64,000 nucleotides of DNA from assembly GCA_951406725.2 (NCBI GenBank), contig OX597822.1, forward strand, positions 20,956,001-21,020,000, written 5' to 3'. The position numbers and the translations under genes are program-made. The notes beneath the pieces were generated by a model. It made no database searches. It was not told the DNA's origin and was given only the letters and a program-made list of their open reading frames with translations. Source of the DNA: Octopus vulgaris. Lineage: Eukaryota. This document shows positions 40,201-54,254 of this stretch, in pieces; the first letter of the stretch is position 1, and each line of letters begins with the position of its first letter.

Positions 40201-40369
40201 TCTGTTAATTTTCTCCCTCTGGTCATTATTCCTACTCTTTAATGTCACATTGCATTGTCTAACAGGTGTAGTTCTTAAGATCTTGAAGAACTACACCTGT
40301 GTGCTGATAACTCCTCTTCCTAAAACTGCTGGCCTAGTGCCAAAAATTTGAAATAATTATTATTATTCA

Positions 40370-40372
40370 AAA

Positions 40373-40407
<35 letters not shown>

Positions 40408-40417
40408 AAGTAGTAGC

Positions 40418-40448
<31 letters not shown>

Positions 40449-40488
40449 CTGGTGGTGGTATTATAATTATTATTATTATTATTATTAT

Positions 40489-40551
<63 letters not shown>

Positions 40552-40605
40552 TAGTAGTAGTAGTAAAAGTGGTACTGGTGGTGGTAGTCGTAGTAGTAGT
40601 AGTTA
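40370..40605. repeat. (CTA)n/(TAG)n/(ATT)n trinucleotide cluster
   Basis: Read directly from the sequence. Confidence 0.9.
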
Positions 40606-41114
40606 CTAAGACTATTCAAAAGGATTCGGTGTTTCTCTAAAAGTACTGTCTACGTTACTCTGAAAATATTGTCATCATTCTCCTCCTCCTCATCATCATC
40701 ATCACCATTATCATCATTGTTACATTTGAAAATATCAAGTGTTTGTTAAAATATAGTTAAAATATGGCTGACTGTATTTGCCAAGTGACTTCAGTTTTAT
40801 CGAGACCATTTCTGACATATGTGAAGCATTCTACCGTCAAAGTGCAAAGTAGATTTAGCAAATGAAGTGATGGCAGGTTTTCTTCAGTTGTTGAAGTGAT
40901 CATATGGCAACATGAAGTGAAGTGTTTTGCTGAAGAACAACAATGCACCACCCAGTCTAGGAATATATGTGTTTGTGTGTGTGTTTGTGCGTGTGTGCGT
41001 GTGTGCGTGTTTGCGTGTGTGTATATACATGATCCTAGAGTGCAACATGAGATGAAGTGTTTTGCTCAAGAGTACAATGTACTACATGGTTCAGGAATAT
41101 ATATATATCTACAC

Positions 41115-41147
41115 AGACACACACACACACACACACACACATACACA

Positions 41148-41217
<70 letters not shown>

Positions 41218-41390
41218 GTGGGTAGGTAGGTAGGTATGTATACACTTACATATATGCATTCATGCATGCATGCATACATACATACATGCATACATACATA
41301 CATACATACATGCATACATACATACATACATACATACATACATACATACATACATACATACATACATACATACATACATACATACATCTG
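41115..41390. repeat. (CA)n,(TA)n,(GATA)n,(TACA)n compound microsatellite
   Basis: Read directly from the sequence. Confidence 0.95.
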
Positions 41391-41714
41391 ATGATGATGA
41401 TAAGGATGCTATGGGAGGCAGTGATAGCATTCAGGATCTCAGTATTTACCATGTACATTGTTGTCAATTTAGTCTTCTATTTTAATTTCATTCTTTTCAT
41501 GGATGTATTAGAGGAATATAAATCAAGCCAGTATTTGACTAGCTTTTTTTAAATTTTATCTATCCTTGAAGAATAAAAGGTAAGATTTATATCATTGGAA
41601 TTCAAATTCAGAACTGAAACTATGATGATAATGTAAACTATGAAACCAATACTACTACTAATAATAATAATGATGATAATAATAATAATGATAATGATAA
41701 TAATAATAATAATC

Positions 41715-41753
<39 letters not shown>

Positions 41754-41993
41754 TTGTCTGATGTTAAGTTAATGCTGAGAATAATTGCAATGATAGTTTT
41801 TAGATTGTTAATCTATGAATTTAATAAAATTATTTGATCTGAGTCTCATTATATTTCTTTGTAATTTACATTTTCATATTTTCCATTCTCTTACACTTTC
41901 AAAACGTCTTTCTTTCTCGTTTTAATTATCTTCTGACCTTTCTTTTATTGCTCTCTGCCATTCTGCTTCTTCTCTGTACAACTCTGTGTTTAG

Positions 41994-42039
41994 CTGCTTG
42001 AAACATGTTGTCTGAACATTGGTTTCTCAGGAGAGTTAC
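41994..42039 (+). CDS. Candidate small exon (LLETCCLNIGFSGEL) or 9-nt microexon 42031-42039
   Basis: About 110-nt pyrimidine-rich tract, tttag and tttctcag acceptors, GTAAGT donor. Confidence 0.4.
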
Positions 42040-42341
42040 GTAAGTTCCACTGTTACAGCTGAATGAAAAATATAATACAAAGATGTAAACAACTAGAAAT
42101 GAATGCTTAGCTTTTCAGTACAAAATAGTAGAAAAGAGGTGATTCAATTAATCTTCTGAATATTACTGCTGATATATATTTTCATTGATACAACTGATAT
42201 CAACAGAAAACATCAAGGAGGTAAGACTTAAACTCAGGTAGAATACCAGCTAATATCTTCTAAACACTGTATGATTATCAAGCACGTAATTAATATATAT
42301 ATGCTGGCTGAAGTCTGCCCATGAAAGAGATCTTATTTTGT

Positions 42342-42520
42342 AAGTCACATAGCCTTGAGTAAGCAATAGTGATCACACCTCATAAATTACATTGCTCAAA
42401 GCAATAGTGATCTCAACTGATGTCTCACTTTGCCATGAGCATTGGTGATGTTACCTCATAAATTACATTGCCTTAAGTAAGCAATGGTGATCAAACTTCC
42501 TAAATCAAATTTCTTTGAGA
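42342..42520. repeat. Minisatellite, 38-42-bp unit, about 4.5 copies
   Basis: AGCAwTrGTGAT core at 42362, 42400, 42438 and 42480. Confidence 0.8.
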
Positions 42521-45500
42521 AAGTACAACTCACTACTGAAGCATTTAGTTACAATTTTTCTGAACTAGATTTGAATGTTTGTGAAAGCTGAGATTCAATT
42601 TCATTTTGTCATGATTCCATTGAGAGAAGCGAGACAGTGTCATGACATGGCATATTAAAATCAAGAAAACTGATTGATGTTAGTGTAGTTGATTGTAAAT
42701 GGAACAATCCTTGATCCATGTAAATGTTTATGTGCATGTGGTATTATATTTATATGATGTTACACAAACCTATATATGTAATATCACTAAATTCCTGTGA
42801 GTGTCTTATTCCTGCCAGAATATGTCTGGTGTGCTTCTGTAACAGAATTCTTCCAGCCATTGCAACTGAACTTACAATTGCACATGACATATTGACTGAC
42901 CATTTTATTTCTACCGAAAGAAGAGATGCTGGGATATGTTTGGAGTGATAAAAGATGGGAAAATACTTTTACTGGTCTACAGTTTTTTTTTCTAATTCAT
43001 GTTTGAACTATTAAGAATTAAACAATGAATTATTTCTAGTATTTTAATTTGTTGTAGTCATCTTGGCTGGGGCTCTTCTGGATTGACAACTTTTGAGTAC
43101 ATTAGTTGTAGAAAATTTAACCACTTTCATCTGACCCTTTATTTTAGCAAACCACTTTCAGTACAAGACCCTAATGAGTTTCAATATATTGTAATTGATT
43201 TTTTAAAAAACCCAAGTAAAACTTGATCAAACTGACACATAATCAATGGCATTCCAGCCATGACATCACACCATTGTTTAGCCATTTAGCACATGGAATT
43301 ACATTATCCAATGTAATATTTCAGTTTTCTTTGTGAAGGCAGGTTATGATTTGAAGGCAATTTGGTTATTGTTTCTAGCAAGTCAAACAACTATGAGAAG
43401 CTCATTCACTTGATTGATTACTTTCAATGTTCATCCTCATTTTTTAATGTGTGTATGATTCTGTATGTACCTATCTATATATTTGTATTTTTGTATGTGT
43501 ATGTGCATTTACACAAGAAAATTCATATACGTGCACAAAGCTGTGTAAATACATATAAAGACACACACAACCATATATGAACATATATACACGTGCACAA
43601 AACAAAATATATATCTTAACAAAGAGATTTAGTGTCATAGAATTTACACTTATGATATGAACAGAAACTTAACACAAATCTATGTTCATGTGGAATGCAA
43701 TCTAAACATGATTAGATACTGGAACACAAAATCCAAGCTTTCACACTAGCACATACACACGCACATGCACATATGCATGCATGCATGTGCACATACACAT
43801 ACACATGACTGTACACTCTGCTATGTTCATATTTACATACATATCCATAAATACATTCAAAGTAACACCTTCACACATCATACACATCTATCCCATACAA
43901 CCACACCTCTTCATATCTGTCTCTGGGCATATTCGTGTGTGTGTGTGTGTATGTGTGTGCGTGTGTGTGTGTGCGTGTGTGTGTGTGTGTGTGTGCACTC
44001 ATTTTGATATTAACCATTCACGAACTGTGCCTCTGTTCTGAAATGAACTATCCAAGGAATTGACAACTACAAAGCAATATCACCACCACCAACACCATAA
44101 CAATCACAAACCACAAATAGCAGCAGCAACAACAACAACAACAACGAATGACCTAAGCAAAAGATGTATTAAATTCCCAGTTGTTGCCAAGAATTTAAAT
44201 GATTTATGTTCAATTGCTTTCTGTTTTGTTTTTTTAAAATACTCCATTTCACACCTAATTAAAAACTCATACTTCAATATTCAGAGGCAGGAGTATGTAG
44301 GTGGCAGACATGATAAAAGCATTTTATTTCTTCACCCTTTTCACTACAGTATTAATTATAGCTCTTGTTCATTTTTACCATTATTAAAACAAAGGAAAGG
44401 GAGTGTGATTGGAGTGTGCTTCCAGACAAATTCCCAACAAGCTGAATTTGCAATTAGGTTTCAATTCCTCATCGTAAGTTTTGTCCCTTATGTTTCTTAT
44501 TTATGCTGCAATGAGCTGCAGTTGCTATGAGCTGAAACCACTCTTCTTCTGACCACTTGGTCCTCCCCTCAAATCTTGTTACTGTTCTTATATTGTGCTC
44601 TTCAGCAAAGCACATAATTTTGTTTGTTCTAGCTTACATGCCTGACAAACTTCATGTTCCCTATTTACGGCTATGCAGATAATCATTAGAAGGATATGAA
44701 GGGTGTAAACAAAAATCTTATTAATGTACACAAGGTTGAGCTAAACCAGTCAAAAACTGCTTCCTTTCACCAAAATCTTGCTGCGTGAATAAAACAAAGT
44801 TTTTTTTGTTTTTGTTTTTGGTGGTTTATGATTGAACATTGATCAGTGAATATGCTTACATTTTAAAACAAAACTGATATGCAACACACCTAAAAACATG
44901 AGTTCACATATCGCTTGTCTAAAATCTATGCCTGAATATAGAGCACAAACAGTAGAAATTCCTATTTCACAACAGATCTAATGCTTATGTAAGGAACTCT
45001 ATGTAGATTCAATAGTATTGCAAAGGGTAAATAATTAAGCTTCTTACTTTATAATAATATCCACCTTCTGGCTTTCTAATTCAAGGTTTAATCTTCCTAG
45101 TGTCAATAAAATAATTTTCCCTGTCTTAATAATCTTTAATCATTATCCACAATTATTGTTATTAATTTATGTTTTCTTTGTTTTTACCTATAATCTTAGC
45201 TGCTCATTTTTACCAGTGCAATCTTTGACTATAATCTTTGCTTGTAATTATTTGCCATAATCTCCCATTATAACCTTTATCTTTATAAAATATCCCAGTC
45301 TTTATAAAATAAGAAATGAAATAAGTACCAGTAAGATACTCGGGTTAACTCAGTTGACTATTTTGTATTATGTGAAAGTGTTTTGATTGGGCTGATTTTG
45401 GTACCATCAGAAATGCAATGCTGCTGTGGGATTTGACCTGAGTTCCTCTTCCACCTTTTAGAAAACCGACCTTGTGCCAGAAAGGAAAATATTATCATAA

Positions 45501-48500
45501 TCCTCATCATTATCACTATTAATATCGTGATGGTCAAAGATAACTGAAGCACAACTGAGGCTACTCAACTAAAACATCACATTCTTCATCGCCACCACCA
45601 CCTCCACCAATATAATCATGGCTACTGAAACATTATCCCAGAATGGGCAGATTTTATTTCCTTTTTATGCCTAGTGTTAATTCTCAACTGAATAACTTTG
45701 CCATTCCAGTTCATTGCCCTTCTATGTTCCAAGTGAAATCATACCTGATCTTCTCAATAAATTCTTCATACACACATATATACTCACACACATACACACT
45801 CATGCATGCACAAGCACACACATACACAAAAGCACTCTCATACACAGTTACATAAGCATAGACACACATAAACAGAAATATCTATGTGTACCATACATGC
45901 TTGTATATTATATTATTCATTATTTATCTATTTTGAGAACCATTCCAACCATATAAAACAGGATGTAAAAATGGTAAGAAAGTGTAATAACTGGATGATT
46001 TTTGCTGATATGCATGCTCCCCTTATCGACAGGGCATTGCCTCAGTGCTGACACTGGCAAACTCTATACATTGGCACAGAAATAGCTGAATTTGTCCATA
46101 AGTTTGCGTATTAACAGACTTGAGAAGTTAATGCCTTTCCCATAGGCATTAGCAAAATAAAACAACACTTAAAGGCTGATATCTGGATTTGAAACATGTT
46201 TATTGAAGATTAGCTTCACCATCTTTACAATAAAGATGTTTTTGTTTATTTCTTAGCTAGAACATTGGTCAGGTGGTACAAGGAATGTAGATTAATATTA
46301 AGTTCCTGGTGATTCTTTGGTGATATTGATAATATATTGTACCACCTGTAGGTCATCAATTCAAATCCATTGTTTTCTGTTTCTTGGCAAAACAGTTTAT
46401 CCTAAATTTCTCCATTGTGCTAGCTGATAGAAAAAGTGACCAAGATCAATTTAGCAATTCTTTCTGTGATAGCCCCAACATCTTGTCTCTTATTTATGCC
46501 ATACTACACATCTCAAGTTAACCTCTGGCCTTTAAAAGAATCCAAAGATATTAAGAAATAATTCCACTTGTTTTACATATCTTTACTCAAATCATTTCAC
46601 CTCATTTACTCTTTAGTTTGCGAATTTTATCCTTAATCAATAGCCGGAGGAGCTTCCAGACAGACTTGTTCAATAAACACTATATGAAGATGAAGTCTTT
46701 AGTACTGAAACCATTAAAGGTTACAGGATATTTTCTTTTTAATGGTCAAATGAAGCATGCACTCTTTCAGTGAGATAGGCAATATAACTTTAAACTATTG
46801 ACTTGATACAACTGTAGATCTGGTGTTTAATTTATTGGTGGTGGCAGGTGAGACAGGAAAGTCAACTTCTGCAAGTCTTCAATGTTGAAATATGAGACAG
46901 AGAACTAGATAATATAATGTGTAAGTCCGATAGTTTTGTATGATAGGAAAATACTAATAAAATGATATTTTTAATTCCAGGTAATATATATAATGTGATA
47001 ATATTCCAATGGAAAAATATATTAATGATAAAATATACAAGAAAAAGAGAAAAAAATATTAAAAACATATTACAAAAAAGAAAGCAGCAAAAAATCAAAC
47101 TGAAAATGAAATGAAAATGGAAGTTAGAAGAAATATTTTATTAATTTGCTTGATGCGTAACAGAGAAATGGAGTGGAAATATGATGTGTATTCACAGGAG
47201 GATTAACATCGGGCATAAAAAGTGAATTAAATCTGTCCAGAGATAATAATATAAGCTGATATGGACAGTGGTAGCTATTAATGAAAGTGATGAGAAAGAT
47301 AATAGTGTTCTTTTTTTATAATGATTTTGTGTATATCATGTTGGCTTGGTTTTGATGGGTCTACAAATTCTTGCATAATCATTTGAAGTAAAGTTATTAC
47401 TTTGTTTAGATTTCTGAAATTCAGGAAATAAGGGCACTGTAACCTACCCAACAGATCAGCATACTCCAGTGGTATGGTTTTATTGAAGTCATGGTTTTTT
47501 ATATATATCACTATGCAGCCTAACCCTACGTCCCTCTCTAACTTACAGGCAGAAATAAATGTACCCACTTTCTTCTCCTTTGATTTATTCCTCTACAGTT
47601 TTTTTGTGAAATATAATGTGACCACAGCTATTAACAGTAGTAAGAACTTCTGTTTAAGTTCCATTCACATCTGAGAGGCATTATAGAAATATAAATCTAC
47701 TTAACTGGTACTTTATTTTTCGACTGAAAGGATGAAAGACAAAATTTATATTTGCATGATTTGAGCATGAAACATAAGGGGCTCTACAAGGTATTTTGTC
47801 CAACACCCTAATGCTTTTGGCAGTGAACCTTAGTTTAGATTTTTTATTTGATTTAGCTTTTCTCTCCATAAGTTAATTAGATGAGAGGGAGCCAATGAAC
47901 TTGATTTGTAGGATCTCCCAGAATGATGAAGCTGATGTTCCGTTTGAGTATTTGTGGAAGAATGTCTGTACAGATGGGTTTTTTTTTTTTTTTTTTTTCT
48001 ATCACAAGAAGTGAGACACAGTGAATGGAGAGTCAGATGAATTGGTCTATTAGCAGAGTGGGTTGGATGGGGATTACTCAGATATTTGAGAAGAGGAGAA
48101 GTCATTGCATTTACTGTAAAACTGAAAGATTAGAAACCCGAGTCTATAAGCTTGAGTTTGTAGTGAGGGAAGATTGTTAATATGTTGAATGAACTCTAGG
48201 ATGATTTTTTTTCTCCCCATTATGCAGTACCACTGTGCCAGATATGTGAATTGTACTTTAATGTCAACAATTATTATTATATAAAGTCTACAAGTGATAA
48301 GTACCAAAGTATTTGGGGAATATTATGGGGTATCCTAGTCTTTGGGATGCCTTTTTGACAGTAATTACGTATATATGTAAATTTGGTATAGGTTTGAGGA
48401 GAGATTATGTAGCCTAGAATTTGTAGCAATGTTGGAGTAACTTTGTGTTTTTGTATTTGTTAACAAAAGGATAGTATACAAGACTGATTTTCTGAATTTT

Positions 48501-49467
48501 CAGAGTTTGTACTGTCTAAAGAGATTAGATTGCTATGGGTGGGGATAATAAAAGGGATTCAGTCAGGACTAGTTGCCCTTTTGAGTTGGAAAGTTTGAAA
48601 AGTTTTTTACTTGGCAACAGTGTGTACATGAAAAGTGAGACTTGTAGAGAAGAAAGGTTATGGAGACGTTTTGCAGTGTTCATGTAATGTGGATTGAGAA
48701 TCAAAATGGAGAATACATATGAACATTCAGTAGATGTCTTGTTTACAGAGTCACTTTATTTGAGAAATGCTAAACTGAAAGATTTCAGTAATTTGGTGGA
48801 GAACCTTTTAACAACAAGCCATAGATCTCTTCTATGATTTGGAAGGCAGAAAAGCTTTCAGCTTATGTATTACATGAAGATATCCTTTGATTTTCTCATA
48901 GTTGTTTTGTAGGTACTGCAGTGATGGGTAAGTTACCTTAAAAGTGGTTACATTTCTTCTTACAGAAGATTTACAGGTAACTCTTAAAGAATAAGAAAGG
49001 ACATAATAGGAAAAAGCCATCCTGTTTCAGTCATATTTTAGTCATTTATTTAAATGTCCCAGATCAATCAGAGATTAAATGGTTTTACTGTGAAGAAAAT
49101 CAGCATAGAGCTGGTGAAGAAAATCAGCATAGAGCATATAGTCCAGAATGATAAACAAATGCAGAGTTGGAGTTGGAGAAGTACAAATGCCAGCAGGAGC
49201 TGTGTGTACTAAAACAGCCTAAGATGATGATCAGAAAAGTAATATAGATGTACTGAGTATAGGATAAGAGAAAGTTTAGCAACCACTGGTAGTTAGAAGG
49301 ATTTTGAGACAGCAGATCAATAGGACTAAGAGAAACTCTGAGATAGTGTAACTGGATGCTTTTGTTGATGGCCAGTGGATAAAAATTGTTTCTTGCTGAG
49401 CAGATTTATTAGATAGATTTGTATATAAGGAATTATTATTACTATTATCATTATTATTATTATTATA

Positions 49468-49513
<46 letters not shown>

Positions 49514-49518
<5 letters not shown>

Positions 49519-50567
49519 CCCTTCACCTTAGCAAAGGCAGAGGTATTGTTTTCAGTTAAGTTTGTTTGTTTTTTGTACATGGATGAGATATCTCAAGAAC
49601 TGCTCAATGGATTCAGATAAAACTTTCAGAGATGTTTGGCCTTGTGACTGGCACAAACTGATTAGATTTAGGGATCAATTCAGTACTGGACAAGGACTCT
49701 GGATTATTTGTTACATTTACTTTACATGAAGTACTACGATCTTACATTCACTTTCAAGTCTTTCTCTGATTATCTCCCCTGAAAGCACGCTCATGGTTTC
49801 CATGTAAGTTATGGTGGCGTTGCTGTTTTAAAGTTTTATTTTCACTTCTCTATTATCAATTTTACTCGTGTCTCTATCTTAGTAGAAACTGATGGATAAA
49901 GAAATCAAACTACATAAACAAACGGCAGCAAAACCATTCAAAAATTAAATAATACTAACATATTCAGTAACAGTACTAAATTTAATTTATCCTCGACAGT
50001 TTTTAGTTTTACCTATTTCGAATATATTGCTCCTGTTTAAAACCTCTTACCTACTTGACAATCACATTTCTAGCTCTGCTTTGAAAGAAGTTTTACTTCT
50101 TGGACTCACGTTTTGTGTGCATCAATGTTGTTAAGCTTCAGTTAACAGCACCGTATGCAGGTCCTTTTCGTTTTCTTTCACTCATGGATAAATTTTTCAC
50201 TGTAGACCTTAATGGTAATAAAGACACTATATCAGTGGACAGACTAAAAATGGCCTTCAAAGAGAAAACTGTCCTTGTTCCCACTGCAGATTACACATGC
50301 ACAACATTACAAACACGGCCTGCAACACCCACCTTCACATTTCATGACTACCATTGGGATCGATCAGGTACTAGACAAGGATTCTGGATTATTTTTCCAG
50401 TTTTTTAACTTAATTTTTGAAAGTGGCTGAGTTCATTTTTAGCGCTCTTGTTTGTAAGAGCAGTTGAGTTAATTTCAGATATTCTAATTTTAAAAATCAT
50501 CTCTAGCTAATTGTTGAGAGGACATAGGTGTTACCTTCGCAGAGGTTTGTGCTCTCTCAGTGCTCAT
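49514..50567 (+). mobile_element. Helentron-associated non-autonomous element (HINE/DINE-1-like) with internal cargo
   Basis: 5' palindromic subTIR ccttcacctt-agca-aaggcagagg plus (GTTT)n; 3' gcagaggt plus stem-loop gtgctctctcagtgc; sits in (ATT)n. Confidence 0.7.
50100..50270 (+). pseudogene. Ty3/Gypsy integrase C-terminal GPY/F fragment
   Basis: LQLTAPYAGPFRFLSLMDKFFTVDLNGNKDTISVDRLKMAF. Confidence 0.85.
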
Positions 50568-50809
50568 TATTATTATTATTTAAGTAGCAGGCTGGTAGAA
50601 TCATTAGCACACTAGACAAAATGCTTAGTGTCATTTTTTCTATCTATCTTTACATTCCGTGTTCAAGTACTACTGAGGTTAACTTTGCCTTTCATCCATT
50701 CAGGTTTATTGAAATAAGTACCAGTGTAACATTAGGGTCAATGCAATCGACTGTCACTCTTCTCTCAAAATTTCAGGCCTTTTGCCTATAGTAAAAATGG
50801 TTGCTGTTG

Positions 50810-50852
<43 letters not shown>

Positions 50853-52264
50853 CATTATTATTATCAATAATATTAATATGCTAACTTTTTGTTTTTGTAC
50901 GTACCTGTGGTGTGTGTCACACTTCAAAGTGGCAAAGTGAGAGAGAGGAGGATAGAGAAGAAGTGAGAGAGAGAGAGAGAGAGAGCGTGAAAGAGACAGT
51001 GAGTGGTGACGGCATTCATCGCAAGAGAAGTAGATGCATAGATACATATACACATTGTTAAATCAAAAGTGGGAGAGAAGAGTGACACAAAGGAAGTGAA
51101 AGAGAATGAGAGAGTGAGAGACACAGTAGATACTAAAAATATTGGATGTCAATTTCACTTTTGAAGACAACTAAAACGATTTCAGTCAATTTCTTTATTA
51201 ACCATGAGGTTGAGAAAAAGAGTTGAAACGTATGAATAAACAAACAATTAAAATATATACAATTAAATGAGAATGAGTGCAGACAGTGGCAAAGCAACAG
51301 GTAGGAAGAGAGAGAGAGAGAGGATGGGAGGGAGAGAGAGAGAGAGAGGATGGGAGGGAGAGAGAGAGAGGTGAAAACTTTGTTGTGGACTATACGGCGC
51401 ATATTGTCTGTCTGCCTCTCTCTCTCTAGGCATGTGCTTGTGTATGTGTGTGCATATGTGTATGCTTGTATGTATATGATTGTGTGCTGAATCTCTCTCG
51501 GCATACCAGCAAACAACAAAATTGCACCAGCCAGCATCACCACTACCTCCAAGCCCATCATGTATGTATGTATGTATATATGTATGTGTGTGTGTGTGTG
51601 CGTGTCTGTGTTTGTCCCACCACCACCATTGCTTCACACCGGTGTTGGTGCATTTGCGTCTCTGTAATGTAGCTGTTCAGCAGAAGAGACTGATAGAATA
51701 AGCACCAGGCTTACAGGGAATAAGTCCAGGGATCAATTTCTTCGACTGAAGGGTGGTGCTCTAGCATGGCCACAGTCAAATGAGTGAAACAAGTAAAAGA
51801 ATAAAAGAAAAACGTTCCATACCACTAAATCAAGAAGGTTCTTTGAATATGTACGATGTATTCTAAGGTTAAATAGTAATTCTGTTTACGTTTGTGTAAC
51901 TGAGATATATTGGTTGGATTATATAGTCATTGGTGTTACATTACTTTCTATATCCTGTAACTGTCACAATATACTTTTCTAGGCCTGAAATTTTTGTGTG
52001 GAAGGGGCTAGTTGATTAGATCGACCCAGCACACAACTGGTACTTAATTTATCGAGCTCCAAAGGACCACAGGCAAAGTCGACTTTGGCAGAATTTGAAC
52101 TCAGAACGTAAAGACAGATGGTCATAATATACAAACATTTCACATGGCACCATACACTGTTTACAGATGCTTACATTTTCAATGTTTTCCGTGAATTTTT
52201 CACGGGTCCAGCTAGTTATTATTATTATTGTTGTTGTTGTTGTTCTTGTTGTTGTTGTTGTTTC

Positions 52265-52545
52265 CAGTATTGAAAGCATACTGTGAAGAATTCAGTGCAG
52301 ATGGGCAGGACATGTTGTTGGAATGCAAGATGATCACATTCTGAAAATTCTTTTGTATGGCCATCAAGTAGAGCAATTCCATGGTAAAGGAGAGCCTGTT
52401 CTTAGGCATAAGGATAAGTTGAAACAATCCCTAAAATTCCTATAGCTCAATTGAACATCTAGGGAACGTCATTGCCTAGATCAATCTGAGTGACATAAAA
52501 TGTGTCATGATACGTCTAAACAATTTGAGTTGAAGAACTAGAGCA
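52265..52545 (+). mobile_element. RTE/BovB-like LINE RT C-terminal fragment
   Basis: RWAGHVVGMQDDHILKILLYG....GKGEPVLRHKDKLKQSLK. Confidence 0.8.
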
Positions 52546-54013
52546 ATTATAGAATTATAGCCTGCAATCAACAGTCATATTTGTCCAATAAAGGCAAAAT
52601 CAAAATCATCATTGTCCCTATTGTGACTTCATAGCCAAATCCATACCTAGGCTCAAAATTATATTAGATGTAGCTTCTTTTGTTTTAATTCCTTTTTTTT
52701 TTAAATCCTTTCTTTCAAACACTCATATATCAGAATTGATAGGAGTGACCATCATTATTATTACCATCATCAATGGAGTAATCACATGTAAAGTGTACAT
52801 AGTTAACCAATGGAATATCATTAATGAATTACAAGAGAAGAAAGCTTTTGAACAAACCACATTTATGTAAATATTTGTATTGTTGTCATCAACAAACTTA
52901 AAAAATTCTCATTTATGTTTGACATCTTTTTCTACCTAGCTTCAAACCCTTTTATTGTAAAAGTTATTGTAGATAATAGAGTTATTCTAATTTCTTACAA
53001 CTCATAACTAAATTTTAGTTTCAAATAATATTTCCTCTGTCCTTCAGGCCAACTCAGAAAATGGCAAAAACCAATTAATAATTGTAAATTGTTTTCATTA
53101 TCAATTAACATCATGCATGGCCACCATGCTTTGATAAGATGCTTCATTTGAATTGAACTTATATGCAAATTTTTACTTTAGGGATTCTCAATAATTGTTT
53201 CCAGTTTATGTTGCTAAAATTCTTCTTACAGACTTTCAATTGAATTCTTTTCCTCTTGGAAATATAATCTCCTTAAGCCATCTTACTACAACTTCTTTAC
53301 CATATTTAACTATCTTCTCTATATTATTGTGCTTACCTTGCATTTATTTTTAGTTTTAAGCTACCAGATTCTTTAGTTCTTAGGTGACTACTTCACTGCA
53401 AAACTGAAATCACACCTTATGAAATCATTCATATAGGAAGATATGTGTTTTGTAATAAACTAATCGATTTTATAATTACTAATACAACCATTGTTTAAAC
53501 ACGAGATATTTTAGGATAGTGAAATGGTTAGACATCTTTCTGAGTGTCTGAATTTATATATATTCTTTGAGAAACATTTTTAAAAGGACTTCCAGTAAGT
53601 TCTATGTATACATATCAGTATTGTCTGCAAAGGATACTTTAACCCAGTTAAGTAATGTTTTATAAACATATACAATTCTGAGAGAGTAGATATTAGGGTC
53701 GTTGTAATTTCATGGAGAAGAAGAATTTGTATATTTGTTCTGGAAAGATTTTTTCACTTTTGGCAAGCAATTGAAACAGTAAAGCTTTTAGGTGCATTTT
53801 AATTTTATTTTTATTAACGATCTTTTGGTATCAATGACCAATGAAAAAAATGCTTGCTCATAAAGTTTATGAAAATTCTGGCACTGTTAAAATAAACACT
53901 TAGACTATAGAGAGGATTATACCACATAATATTTTGCTTGTTACTTTTGCATTTAAAAATGCTAACGTTTTTCAGATTGTAATGCCTTTTATTATGAAAT
54001 CCATTGCCTTTAA

Positions 54014-54206
54014 CCCTTCATCATTCAGATTTCTCAATCAAGTATTATACTTCTTTGCATTGCTTTGAATTAATCAAGCATTATCTCATAGCTTTGAGGT
54101 TTTGAAGAAGAGATTGTTATTTTTAGATTTACATTAAAGGGCAGGAGTTAGAAGTTGGATCTGGTCAGCTTTTGGGGTTGGATATGCCAGTTTAAATGCT
54201 AAAGGT
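54014..54206. mobile_element. piggyBac-type MITE, second family
   Basis: TTAA flanks; degenerate CCCTTTAGCATT TIRs; another right end near 56300-56320. Confidence 0.65.
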
Positions 54207-54254
54207 TTAAATGCATCAATATAATAAAAAACATCACAATTTTAAAAATTACTT

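Noticed and set aside
42342-42520. CRISPR-like repeat-spacer array
   Set aside because: Spacers are homologous to each other, the context is eukaryotic and there are no cas genes.
46250-46500. Possible RTE endonuclease remnant on the minus strand
   Set aside because: Only scattered residues match (FCQE, SPG); too decayed to support.
47278-49320. Coding-like stretches on the minus strand, perhaps old LINE ORF1
   Set aside because: No recognisable motif; many stops.
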